From an uncultured Collinsella sp. (GTDB lineage Bacteria > Actinomycetota > Coriobacteriia > Coriobacteriales > Coriobacteriaceae): DNA of 64,000 nt. Position 1 is the stretch's first letter; each line of letters starts with the position of its first letter. The notes under the pieces are model-generated. The model worked only from the letters and a program-made list of their open reading frames with translations. It had not been told where the DNA came from and did no database searches. The stretch is from positions 13,219-77,218 of the forward strand of contig CAAEON010000054.1 in assembly GCA_900757615.1 (NCBI GenBank). The letters run 5' to 3'. Of this stretch, positions 17,320-26,479 are shown piece after piece. Position numbers and translations under genes: made by a program.

Positions 17320-18206
17320 CAGCCAAACCTCTTCTCATCAATCGCATGCAACGCGCAAGGCAGCACCATCCAGGCAGCGTACACGACATAGCCCGGCCAC
17401 GGCGCCGGCACCGAGAGCTGCGGATAAAACGAATACTGCGTCGTCGCGGTCCACGCCACTGCCGCCGTGGCCACGCCAAACAACGCAAGCCCAACCAGCG
17501 CGGCAACGTCGCTGCGCCCCAGTCGATACCGCGCATACGTCGTACGACGCGTCGCGGCACCCCACCCGCGCGAGCGCATCGCGTCCGCGCGCTCCAGCGA
17601 ATCTTCCATGCCCCAGCCCATCAACACACTCGATGCCCGCAAACGCGAACGCACGGGGTCGGCCGGCGCGCGGCCCGGCACATCAATCGCATCCTGCACC
17701 GCCAGCACCGTACGACCGCGGCGCAAAAACTGCGGGATAAGCCTCATGCACATCGAGATCATGAGCGCAATCACCGGTGCGGCATTACCCAGCAGCGCGA
17801 GCACCTTGTCGTATTCGAGCATCGACGCCGCGGCCTCAAACCACAGCACGCTCGCCACGAACAGCCCGCCCATGCACAGGCCGTATACCATGCTCTCCAG
17901 ATACACCGCGCGCATACCAATACGGAACAGCTCCGTCGAGCCCGAGGCGCTAAACAGCGGATTGACCAGCGCAACAATCAAAATCACCGGCAGCTGCCAG
18001 CGGAGTGCGCCCAGCGTGCGGGCAGCCCCACGCGTCGCAAATCCATACGCCAGCCCGCCCGCAAGTGACAGCGCAATCAGCACCGGCTGCATCGAGAACA
18101 TAGTGAACCCCAGCGTCAGCACTATATAGAGTGCCGGCACAGCCGGATGCGACATCGAGAATGCCGCGACGGGCTCGCCGCCAAACTCCTCTCGTATGTT
18201 GTCCAC
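17319..18206 (-). CDS. ECF transporter transmembrane T component (CbiQ/EcfT family)
   Basis: Polytopic protein with the arginine-rich coupling region LIPQFLRRGRTVLAVQDA and MRSRGW. It is translationally coupled to the ATPase. The start is uncertain (GTG at 18206 or ATG at 18155), and the annotated 352-aa ORF is too long. Confidence 0.7.
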   Translation of the reverse strand: MDNIREEFGGEPVAAFSMSHPAVPALYIVLTLGFTMFSMQPVLIALSLAGGLAYGFATRGAARTLGALRWQLPVILIVALVNPLFSASGSTELFRIGMRAVYLESMVYGLCMGGLFVASVLWFEAAASMLEYDKVLALLGNAAPVIALMISMCMRLIPQFLRRGRTVLAVQDAIDVPGRAPADPVRSRLRASSVLMGWGMEDSLERADAMRSRGWGAATRRTTYARYRLGRSDVAALVGLALFGVATAAVAWTATTQYSFYPQLSVPAPWPGYVVYAAWMVLPCALHAIDEKRFG

Positions 18207-18405
18207 GGGCACCCCCGTCCCTTCGCTCAAACAACAGCTCCGCAGCACCGCCAACGCCGCACACAAGCAGTGCAAACGCCACGTCGGCGGCGCAAGCCTC
18301 AACCGCCGCAAACCAATCGTTACGCGCTCGTCATATGCCTGCGGTATCATATTGCGCCGTGTATCGTTTCCAAACACACGTCTCTATAACGTAACAGGAG
18401 ATCAC

Positions 18406-19818
18406 ATGGACGCAACCGCAATTATCCTCGCTGCCGGCGAGGGCACCCGCATGAAGTCGAACCACTGCAAGGTTTCGCACAAGATCCTGGGTAAGCCCAT
18501 GGTCCAGTGGATCGTCGACGCTACCATCAAGGCCGGCTGCAGCCGCGTCGTGGTTGTCATCGGCAGCCACGCCGACGAGATGCGCGCCCTCATCGGCGGC
18601 GCCTACGCCAACAGCGCCACCAAGGTCGAGTGCGTCGAGCAGACCGAGCGTCTGGGCACCGGTCACGCCGTGAAGGTCGCGCTCGAGGCCTGTGGCATCA
18701 CCGAGGGTCCGGTCGTCGTGCTCAACGGCGATCTGCCGCTCATCACCGCCGACACCGTCGCCAAGTTCGCGCAAACCGTTGCCACCGGCGAGCTCGCCTG
18801 CACCGTCATGACCATGACCCCGCCCGATCCTTTCGGCTACGGCCGCATCAAGCTGGGCGCCGATGGTCAGATCGAGCGCATCATCGAGCAGAAGGACTGC
18901 ACGCCCGAGCAGGCCGCCACGCTGCTGGAGTGCAACGCCGGCTGCTACGCCTTTGACGGCGCGCAACTCGCCGCCCACATTAACGAGATCGGCAACGACA
19001 ACGCGCAATCCGAGTACTACCTGCCCGACATGCTCGAGATCCTCAAAGGCCACGGCCAGGCTGTCTCCATCTTCCACTGCGACGACTACCGCGACGGCCT
19101 GGGCGTCAACAGCCGCATCCAGCTCGCACAGCTCACCGCCATCGCGCGCGACCGCATCAACGAGCACTGGATGGCAGAGGGCGTCACGTTCATCGACCCC
19201 ACGCAGGCTTGGATCGGCCCCGACGCCACCATCGGCCGCGACACCGTCGTGTGGCCGCAAACGCACCTGATCGGCCACGTCACTGTGGGCGAGGAGTGCC
19301 AGCTCGGCCCCAACAGCCGTCTCACCGACACCACCGTCGGCAGCGGCTGCACCATCGATGAGACCATCGCCATTGAGGCCGTCATCGAGAACGGCGTCGA
19401 CTGCGGCCCGCGCGCCTACCTGCGCCCGGGCACCCACATGCTCGACGGTTCCAAGGCCGGCACGCACGTGGAGATCAAGAAGTCTACGATCGGCGAGGGC
19501 TCCAAGGTGCCGCACCTGTCCTACATCGGCGACACCACCATGGGCTCCGGCGTCAACGTGGGCGCGGGCTCCATCACCTGCAACTACGATGGCGTGCACA
19601 AGCACAAGACCGTCATCGGCAAGGATGCCTTCATTGGCTCCGACACCATGATGGTCGCGCCCGCCCAGATCGGCGACGGCGCACTCGTGGCCGCCGGCTC
19701 CGTCATCACCGAGCCGGTCCCGGCCGACGCACTTGGTCTGGGCCGCGCCCGTCAGGTAAATATTGAGGGCTGGGCCGCCGATTACCGCCGCCGCCTGCAC
19801 GAGGACGACGAGGTATAA
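18406..19818 (+). CDS. glmU: bifunctional UDP-GlcNAc pyrophosphorylase / GlcN-1-P N-acetyltransferase
   Basis: N-terminal LAAGEGTRMKS and C-terminal left-handed beta-helix hexapeptide repeats. AGGAG lies upstream of the ATG at 18406. Confidence 0.9.
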   Translation: MDATAIILAAGEGTRMKSNHCKVSHKILGKPMVQWIVDATIKAGCSRVVVVIGSHADEMRALIGGAYANSATKVECVEQTERLGTGHAVKVALEACGITEGPVVVLNGDLPLITADTVAKFAQTVATGELACTVMTMTPPDPFGYGRIKLGADGQIERIIEQKDCTPEQAATLLECNAGCYAFDGAQLAAHINEIGNDNAQSEYYLPDMLEILKGHGQAVSIFHCDDYRDGLGVNSRIQLAQLTAIARDRINEHWMAEGVTFIDPTQAWIGPDATIGRDTVVWPQTHLIGHVTVGEECQLGPNSRLTDTTVGSGCTIDETIAIEAVIENGVDCGPRAYLRPGTHMLDGSKAGTHVEIKKSTIGEGSKVPHLSYIGDTTMGSGVNVGAGSITCNYDGVHKHKTVIGKDAFIGSDTMMVAPAQIGDGALVAAGSVITEPVPADALGLGRARQVNIEGWAADYRRRLHEDDEV

Positions 19819-19833
19819 CGTTTTACCAAGCAC

Positions 19834-19867
19834 AAAAGGAGCTGCTCCATGGGGGCGGCTCCTTTTT
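19834..19867 (+). terminator. rho-independent terminator after glmU
   Basis: Stem aaaaggagc / gctcctttt running into a T-run. Confidence 0.6.
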
Positions 19868-20010
19868 CTATCGTGACCTGCGCAACCGGATGAGTGGTCG
19901 GTTCGTGTCCGTTGGCGGTAAAGACGTTATCAGGACCCGATAAACCCCGCCGCGCGGTTACAATGCAACAAGGCATCTATATGGCATTCGATGTATAAAG
20001 GAGAAGGGTA

Positions 20011-20997
20011 ATGCCGATTAATGATCCCGAGAAGTCGGAGAATATGCGCAAGTCCATCCGCGTGTATTCCGGTTCCTCCAACCGTCCCCTCGCTCAGAAG
20101 ATTGCTGAGTACCTTGGGGTCGAGCTTTCGGGCCTTACGCTAAAGCAGTTCGCCAATGGTGAGATTTACGCCCGCTACGACGAGACCGTCCGCGGCGCCG
20201 ACGTCTTCCTGATTCAGTCCGTGGCCGGCGGCAACGTCAACGACATGCTCATGGAGCTGCTCATCGCCACCGACGCTGCCAAGCGCGCATCCGCCCGCTC
20301 CATCACCGCCGTTATCACCCACTACGGCTATGCCCGCCAGGACCGCAAGGCCGGCCCGCGTGAGCCCATCACCGCCCGCCTCGTCGCCAACCTGCTCGAG
20401 CGCGCCGGCGTCAACCGCATCATCACCCTCGACCTGCACCAAGGCCAGATCCAGGGCTTCTTCGATATCCCGGTTAACCACCTGTCCGCACTGCCGCTGT
20501 TTGGCCAGTACTACAACGACATGCACTTCGACACCGACAACCTGGTTGTCGTCTCCCCCGACGTGGGTCGCGCCAAGGCCGCCAAAAAGCTGTCCGATAT
20601 GCTCGGCTGCGACCTGGCCATCGCCCACAAGGGCCGTCCGCGCCACAACGCCGCCGAGGTCATGGGCATCATCGGTGACATCAAGGGCAAGACCTGCATC
20701 ATCAACGACGACATGATCGACACCGCTGGCACCCTGTGCGCCAACGTCAAGGAGCTCAAGGCTATGGGCGCTGGCGACATCTACGTCTGCGCCACCCACG
20801 GCATCTTCTCCGGTCCGGCCATCGAGCGTCTGAACGACGCCCCCATCGTCGAGTGCGTCGTCACCGACGCCATTCCCGTCGAGGTCGGCGGCAAGATCAA
20901 GACCATCTCGGTCGCCGAGGAGTTCGCTCAGGCCATCTCCGCCGTTTACCACGAGGAGCCCGTCTCCACGCTCGTCGGCGGCGACTTCGCGCTGTAG
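20011..20997 (+). CDS. prs: ribose-phosphate pyrophosphokinase
   Basis: Motifs FANGEIY, YARQDRK, DLHQGQIQGFF and IINDDMIDTAGT. AAGGAG SD present. Confidence 0.9.
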   Translation: MPINDPEKSENMRKSIRVYSGSSNRPLAQKIAEYLGVELSGLTLKQFANGEIYARYDETVRGADVFLIQSVAGGNVNDMLMELLIATDAAKRASARSITAVITHYGYARQDRKAGPREPITARLVANLLERAGVNRIITLDLHQGQIQGFFDIPVNHLSALPLFGQYYNDMHFDTDNLVVVSPDVGRAKAAKKLSDMLGCDLAIAHKGRPRHNAAEVMGIIGDIKGKTCIINDDMIDTAGTLCANVKELKAMGAGDIYVCATHGIFSGPAIERLNDAPIVECVVTDAIPVEVGGKIKTISVAEEFAQAISAVYHEEPVSTLVGGDFAL

Positions 20998-21020
20998 TCG
21001 CTTGACCCTCGCATCTCACC

Positions 21021-21120
21021 GGAAGCCCGGTAGGCCTGCGGGGTTATCACGCCGACGTCCTCGCCGCTTCGCGGCTGCGGGATGTCGGCGTGATAACCCC
21101 TCCCGGCCTACCGGGCTTCC
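21021..21120. repeat. imperfect palindrome of about 100 bp downstream of prs
   Basis: Arm ggaagcccggtaggcctgcggggttatcacgccgacgtcc (21021-21060) pairs with ggatgtcggcgtgataacccctcccggcctaccgggcttcc (21080-21120). The centre gccgcttcgcggc is itself a small hairpin. Confidence 0.8.
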
Positions 21121-21235
21121 TGCTGTCTCGGGGCAGCTGTTTTCTGAAATGACTTTTCCGTGCCCTTTCCTCGCCTTCGGCGGGCGTGGTAGCCTTTGTC
21201 GTTGATTAAACTTTTTATGTAACGGAAGGACAAAT

Positions 21236-21865
21236 ATGGCAGCTGCACAGCCGCTTAAGATTCGCATGGTTGCCGGGCTTGGCAACCCGGGTGAGGAATA
21301 TGCCGAGACCCGCCACAACGCCGGCTTTAAGGCGATCGATGAGCTGGCCCGTCAGGCCGGTGTCACGTACTGGAAAAACCAGGCCGGCGCCGAGGTCGCG
21401 CTCATCAACATCAACGATCCCGAGGAAGAGGGCGGCAAGCGCCAGATTGTACTGGTCAAGCCGCAGTCGTACATGAACACCTCGGGCGGACCCATCTCCA
21501 AGCTCTGCCGCGAGTACAAGATCAAGGCCGAGGAGCTGCTCGTCATCCACGACGAGCTTGACATTCCCGCCGGTGACGTGCGCGTCAAGGTGGGCGGAGG
21601 CCATGCCGGCCACAACGGTCTGCGCTCCATCATCGACAAGATGGGCAGCCGCGACTTTAGCCGTATCCGCACCGGCATCGGCAACCCTCCCGGCAAGATG
21701 GCCGTGGCAGACTATGTGCTCAAACAGCTGCGCGCCCGCGAGGCCGATGACTTCCAGGACACCTGCGCCCGCGCCGCCGACGCCGCCGGCCTGGCCATCG
21801 TGCACGGCGTGATCTATGCCCGCGACCACGTCAACGGCGCCGCCTCCACCAACGGCAAGCACTAA
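21236..21865 (+). CDS. pth: peptidyl-tRNA hydrolase
   Basis: Motifs GLGNPGEEYAETRHNAGF and HDELD. The glmU-prs-pth order is conserved. Confidence 0.9.
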   Translation: MAAAQPLKIRMVAGLGNPGEEYAETRHNAGFKAIDELARQAGVTYWKNQAGAEVALININDPEEEGGKRQIVLVKPQSYMNTSGGPISKLCREYKIKAEELLVIHDELDIPAGDVRVKVGGGHAGHNGLRSIIDKMGSRDFSRIRTGIGNPPGKMAVADYVLKQLRAREADDFQDTCARAADAAGLAIVHGVIYARDHVNGAASTNGKH

Positions 21866-21884
21866 AACCTACCAAAAAGGGATG

Positions 21885-22063
21885 TTTATTTTGGCAGGTT
21901 TTATCTACGAAAACGCCCCAGTGGCCGCATCGCAATAAACCCCGCACTGTCATACACACATAGCGCCCCAAAGGGGGCCGGCCTCACCGAAGCGCAAGGC
22001 CGGCCCCCTTTGCCGTTTTGCCTGATAAAACCTGCCAAAATAAACCTCTCCCCCTTTGGCAGG
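21885..22063. repeat. nested repeat block: perfect 21-bp IR around a terminator hairpin, plus a copy of the AAAACCTGCCAAAATAAACCT element
   Basis: IR is tttattttggcaggttttatc (21885-21905) against gataaaacctgccaaaataaa (22024-22044). Hairpin is cctgccaaa (22031-22039) / tttggcagg (22055-22063). The 22024-22063 element recurs at 35850-35893. Confidence 0.85.
21969..22020 (+). terminator. rho-independent terminator (15-bp perfect stem) downstream of pth
   Basis: Stem caaagggggccggcc (21969-21983) / ggccggccccctttg (21998-22012), followed by ccgttttg. Confidence 0.65.
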
Positions 22064-22237
22064 TCGAAGTGGATAAACCCTGCTCCCAACCGCCGAAGAC
22101 ACACGTAAGTGACATGTCCATGAGGGTATAATTTGCACCGTATGTCTGCACAACGCCTGTGCGCGTACGGTTTTACTCGGGCTACCGTCCATTTCCGTGG
22201 AGGCACGGTTCGGCAGCCCTAACAAGAGAGGGGTTCT

Positions 22238-23077
22238 ATGTATAAGATCCTGGAGAAGACGCAGTTCTCGGAGAAGGTGTTCAAGTTCCGCATCGAGGCG
22301 CCCGCAATCGCCAAGCATGCGCACGCTGGACAGTTCCTCATGGTCCGCGCCAACGAGACGGGCGAGCGCGTCCCGTTTACCCTGGCCGGCTGGAACGGTG
22401 ACGAGGGCTGGGTCGAGTTCATCTTCATGGTGATCGGCAAGACCACCGAGATGCTGTCCACCTACGAGGCCGGCGAGTCGCTGCGCGACGTCGTGGGCCC
22501 GCTGGGCGTTCCCACCGAGATGGCCGAGGGCCCCTGCGCCGTCATTGGCGGCGGCGTCGGCCTGGCAATTGCCTTCCCGGTCGCCAAGCACCTGGTCGAG
22601 ACCGGTCACGAAGTTCACGCCATCATGGGCGCCCGCACCAAGGACCTCCTGCTCATGGAGGACCAGTTCCGCGAGCTCCTCGACGAGGACCACATCCACA
22701 TCACCACCGACGACGGTTCCTACGGCGAGCAGGGCGTTGTCACCGCTCCGCTGGAGCGCCTGCTGCAGGACAAGGCCGTGAGCCAGGTCTTCTGCGTCGG
22801 CCCCGTTCCGATGATGAAGTTCTCGACCCTCACCGCCCAGAAGTACGACACCCCCATCACCGCGTCCCTCAACCCCATCATGGTTGACGGCACCGGTATG
22901 TGCGGCTGCTGCCGCGTCGAGGTGGGCGGCGTGACCAAGTTCGCTTGCGTCGACGGCCCCGACTTCGATGCCACCCTGGTCGACTGGGATGACCTTCGTG
23001 CCCGCCAGGCCGCTTACCGTTCCGAAGAGGGCGAGTCCCTCAAGGCCTATGAGGAAAAGAGCTGCGCATGCCACTAG
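22238..23077 (+). CDS. ferredoxin-NADP+ reductase-like FAD/[2Fe-2S] subunit (NfnA / SudB / PyrK-like)
   Basis: FKFRIEAP...GQFLMV...RVPFTL FNR-like fold, GGGVGLA, and a C-terminal Cys cluster GMCGCCRV..FACVDGP. Confidence 0.75.
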   Translation: MYKILEKTQFSEKVFKFRIEAPAIAKHAHAGQFLMVRANETGERVPFTLAGWNGDEGWVEFIFMVIGKTTEMLSTYEAGESLRDVVGPLGVPTEMAEGPCAVIGGGVGLAIAFPVAKHLVETGHEVHAIMGARTKDLLLMEDQFRELLDEDHIHITTDDGSYGEQGVVTAPLERLLQDKAVSQVFCVGPVPMMKFSTLTAQKYDTPITASLNPIMVDGTGMCGCCRVEVGGVTKFACVDGPDFDATLVDWDDLRARQAAYRSEEGESLKAYEEKSCACH

Positions 23078-24477
23078 TTAACGGTCGTTTCGTTGCCGAT
23101 ATGAAGTCGCCCCGCACCCCCGATAACGAGGAGCCGGCTGCCGAGCGCGCCTGCGACTTCCGCCCCGTCGACAAGGGCTTCACCGAGGAGATGGCGCTGG
23201 CCGAGGCCGAGCGCTGCCTCAACTGCAAGAAGCCGTTCTGTGTTGAGGGCTGCCCCGTCAACATCAACATCCCCCGCTTTATCGAGCAGATCCGCGCGAA
23301 GGACTTCGGCGGCGCCCTCGATACCATCCGCGAGGACTCCATGCTTCCCGCTATCTGCGGCCGCGTCTGCCCGCAGGAGAACCAGTGCGAGGGCAAGTGC
23401 ATCCGTGGTAAGAAGTCCGAGCCCGTGGCCATCGGCCAGCTCGAGCGCTTCCTGGGTGACCGCCCCGAGCTCGCTTCCACGCCCAAGATGGCTCCCAAGA
23501 ACGGCAAGAAGGTCGCCGTCGTCGGCTCTGGCCCGTCCGGCATCACCTGCGCTGGCGAGCTCGCCCGCAACGGCTTTGACGTCACCGTCTTTGAGGCCTT
23601 CTTCACCGGCGGCGGCGTGCTGGTCTACGGCATCCCCGAGTTCCGTCTGCCCAAGGCAGTCGTCAAGCGCGAGATTGACGGCCTGGAGGACATGGGCGTC
23701 AAGTTTGAGTACAACTCCGTCGTGGGCAACATGGCCACGGCCGAGGAGCTGTTCGAGCAGGGCTTCGACGCCATCTACGTGGCGACCGGCGCTGGCCTGC
23801 CCAAGTTCCTCAACGTCCCCGGCGAGAACCTGCCCAACGTCTTCTTCGCCAACGAGTACCTCACCCGCGTGAACCTGATGAAGGCCAACAAGTTCCCCGA
23901 GTACGACACCCCCACCAAGCACGGCAAGAACGTCGTCGTCTTTGGTGGCGGCAACGTGGCTATGGACGCCGTCCGTACCGCCAAGCGCCTGGGCGCCGAG
24001 CATGCCATCATCGCCTACCGTCGTACCGAGGACGAGATGCCCTGCCGTCGCGCCGAGCTGCACCATGCTAAGGCCGAAGGCGTCGAGGTTCTGCCGCTCG
24101 TCTCCCCGCTCGAGTTTGTCGCTGGCGAGGACGGCTCCGTGTGCGCCGTCAAGGTCCAGAAGATGGAACTCGGCGAGCCTGACGAGTCCGGCCGTCGCCG
24201 CCCGGTGCCCATCGAGGGCGCCATCGAGGAGATCCCCTGCGACGTCGCGATCTCGGCTATCGGCACCAACGCCAACCCCTTCGCAAAGAAGATCGGCGGC
24301 AAGATGGAGCTCAACAAGTGGGGCTACATCGTTGCCGACGAGGAGACCGGCCAGACCACCGATCCCCGCATCTGGGCCGGCGGCGACATCGTCACCGGTG
24401 CCGCAACGGTCATTCTGGCGATGGGCGCCGGCAAGAAGGCCGCCGCTTCCATCACCAAGAGCCTGCTGGGCGAGTAA
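23068..24477 (+). CDS. NADPH-dependent glutamate synthase small-chain-like oxidoreductase (NfnB / SudA / GltD-like)
   Basis: Two Fe-S Cys motifs (CLNCKKPFCVEGCP, CGRVCPQENQCEGKC) and dinucleotide folds VVGSGPSG and VFGGGNVAMD. It overlaps the upstream subunit gene by 10 nt. Confidence 0.8.
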   Translation: MPLVNGRFVADMKSPRTPDNEEPAAERACDFRPVDKGFTEEMALAEAERCLNCKKPFCVEGCPVNINIPRFIEQIRAKDFGGALDTIREDSMLPAICGRVCPQENQCEGKCIRGKKSEPVAIGQLERFLGDRPELASTPKMAPKNGKKVAVVGSGPSGITCAGELARNGFDVTVFEAFFTGGGVLVYGIPEFRLPKAVVKREIDGLEDMGVKFEYNSVVGNMATAEELFEQGFDAIYVATGAGLPKFLNVPGENLPNVFFANEYLTRVNLMKANKFPEYDTPTKHGKNVVVFGGGNVAMDAVRTAKRLGAEHAIIAYRRTEDEMPCRRAELHHAKAEGVEVLPLVSPLEFVAGEDGSVCAVKVQKMELGEPDESGRRRPVPIEGAIEEIPCDVAISAIGTNANPFAKKIGGKMELNKWGYIVADEETGQTTDPRIWAGGDIVTGAATVILAMGAGKKAAASITKSLLGE

Positions 24478-24560
24478 TCACCCTCAGCGCTAGCCATCAA
24501 ACGGCAAAGTCCCCGTCGAGCACACGCCCGGCGGGGACTTTTTCTATGTCGGCCGACCGA

Positions 24561-24593
24561 CCGCCACAAAGGGGACAGGCACCTTTGTGGTGG
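24561..24593. repeat. hairpin repeat with GGGGACAGG core (stem ccgccacaaagg/cctttgtggtgg)
   Basis: Sequence is ccgccacaaaggGGACAGGCAcctttgtggtgg, with outer pairing gccgacc/ggtcggc. An inverted near-copy lies at 27363-27403. Confidence 0.85.
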
Positions 24594-24627
24594 TTGGGGC
24601 CTGGTCGGCAAACTAATTCCGGCGTTT

Positions 24628-24765
24628 GTCTCAATCTGTAACAGTTAGAGACCAAATTCCTCGCCACGTGTTACAGATCGAGACGTTAGGTTAGCGGCTG
24701 AACAGTTCGTCTCAATCTGTAACACCTAGAGCCCAACTATCAGGTTTGGTGTTACAGATCGAGAT
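24628..24765. repeat. two tandem 81-bp-period units, each a 16-bp-stem / 25-nt-loop hairpin
   Basis: gtctcaatctgtaaca occurs at 24628-24643 and 24709-24724. tgttacagatcgaga(c/t) occurs at 24669-24684 and 24750-24765. The loops share tagagNcc..aa. Confidence 0.85.
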
Positions 24766-24802
24766 TTTGTAAAAGCCGAGAATGGGCGCTGCCACCAAAA
24801 AC

Positions 24803-26365
24803 CTAGCGCTTGCAGCGCTTGGTTGCGGCGATGCCGGCAGCGGCAACGGTTGCGCCGGCGATGCCAAGGGCCGCTGCCGCCGTCGCGGCGTTGTCGCCCG
24901 TGGCGGCCAGAGTGCCCACGGACTTCTGGGCAGCGGTGGCCTTCGCGGCCGGCTTGGAGGCAGCAGTCGTGGAACTCGCCTGAGTCAGCGTCACGGACGG
25001 CGTGCCAGTCTCACTTCCGCCGCCTGGCTGCGGCGTGGGAGCCGGGGTAGGCTCAGGCTGCGGCGTGGGCTCAGGCTCGACCGCATCTCCGGAGCTGATT
25101 ACCACGCTGCGGGCAACCTCGTCGGAGGTCCTAACATCCTGGATAGTGGACGACCCGGCAGCACCGATGACGAGTCCGTTTCCCGTAGTTTCTCGCACAG
25201 TGCCGCCGGCGGGAGTCGTAACTACCGATCCGCCATCAATTGAGAGACAAGGGGCTGCATCACCTTGATTGACAGCGTAGATTGCCGCTGCATTACCCGA
25301 CACCTCAACATTTGAATTAATGATGTCAATTCGAGGGATGGCGGACTGGGAGCCGGACTGGGAATATATTCCGTAGCCATGTTTACGACTGTGGCCAGTT
25401 CCGTCACCGCATCGAACTGTAAGGCTCGAATTCTCGACGAGCACCCGCGACACGCCGTCGTGCGCGCGCATCCAAACACCATCCAAAACCTCGACACTAT
25501 CACTCGCCACGAGCGTAACATCCGCCCCGTTGGTAATACTCAAATATGTATCCTTACCCCCGGACGAATACAGGGCGACCGACAACATGTTTGCATTACG
25601 CGCCGCCGCATCTAATTTTGCGTTATCCACCGCGATGCAGCCCCCATGCTCGGAGGAGATGTTTTCGGCATAGACTGCAACGGCATTGAGCCCCCCATTC
25701 GCCTCCGCCTCGACGTGGACGTCGGCACCCTCGTTAATGGTTATGTTGCCTGCCCGCGTATGAATGCCGATGGTATGAGGCACTTTGTTCGTTGCCGTCA
25801 CGTTAACGTTGGCACCGCGGATGTCCACGTCGCCGCCGGCCTTACCGTCCCCCGAAACCGCTATCGTATCGGTCCCGGCCGTCGCGTTGAGAGTCACGTC
25901 GCCCGAGATGGCGAGGCTACCGCACTCGACCTTAACAGCGCTCCTGCTCTTCTGTGGTTCGGCCGTCGCGTTGAGGGTTCCCTCCCCCGTGATGGCAAGG
26001 TTGCCGTCCTTGACCTCGATAGCGCTCTGCAAGGAATCGGCCGTTACGGTGTTGGTGCCCGTCACGCCGATATTGAGGTTGCCCTGAGCGCTGATACCGG
26101 CGCCGTTGTAGCCATTGAGCTTCATGTCGTCGGCGCCGTCCCAGGACCACGTTCCGGCCTCGTCGCCGGCGCCCTTGTTGTACTGCGTGCCGCCGACGTT
26201 GACCCATTTGGCGGCGAGCGCCACGCTGGGTAGCAGCAGCTGACCGACCATGAGCGCGCAAGCCCCCGCGCAGGCAAGCTTGGCGCCCACACGTCGCCAC
26301 GTTCCGTGGGAGAGCGCGCACGAGCAGCCGTGGTCGATTGGGTTGTCATGGATTTGCTTTCGCAT
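24803..26365 (-). CDS. cell-wall-anchored surface protein (beta-helix-like repeats, Pro-rich stalk, LAATG sorting signal)
   Basis: Signal peptide is ..LLLPSVALAAKW. Recurrent G-x-L/V-N-A-T/V-A and I/V-x-V turns are present, followed by a stalk EPEPTPQPEPTPAPTPQP. The C-terminus is LAATGD, a hydrophobic stretch and KRCKR. GGAGG lies upstream of the ATG at 26365. Confidence 0.75.
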   Translation of the reverse strand: MRKQIHDNPIDHGCSCALSHGTWRRVGAKLACAGACALMVGQLLLPSVALAAKWVNVGGTQYNKGAGDEAGTWSWDGADDMKLNGYNGAGISAQGNLNIGVTGTNTVTADSLQSAIEVKDGNLAITGEGTLNATAEPQKSRSAVKVECGSLAISGDVTLNATAGTDTIAVSGDGKAGGDVDIRGANVNVTATNKVPHTIGIHTRAGNITINEGADVHVEAEANGGLNAVAVYAENISSEHGGCIAVDNAKLDAAARNANMLSVALYSSGGKDTYLSITNGADVTLVASDSVEVLDGVWMRAHDGVSRVLVENSSLTVRCGDGTGHSRKHGYGIYSQSGSQSAIPRIDIINSNVEVSGNAAAIYAVNQGDAAPCLSIDGGSVVTTPAGGTVRETTGNGLVIGAAGSSTIQDVRTSDEVARSVVISSGDAVEPEPTPQPEPTPAPTPQPGGGSETGTPSVTLTQASSTTAASKPAAKATAAQKSVGTLAATGDNAATAAAALGIAGATVAAAGIAATKRCKR

Positions 26366-26479
26366 ATGAGCCTCCTTGTCGTAAGGGGTGCTTCTGTAAC
26401 ACCATGTTACGGGAAGATATCCGGATCCCGGGGCACAAATTCTCATGTGGCGCACCTGCCAGCGCAAAAGGCAACGAGC

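Noticed and set aside
24628-24765. CRISPR-like array
   Set aside because: There are only two units. The repeats alternate in orientation (stem-loops rather than direct repeats), the spacers are related to each other, and there are no cas genes in the window.
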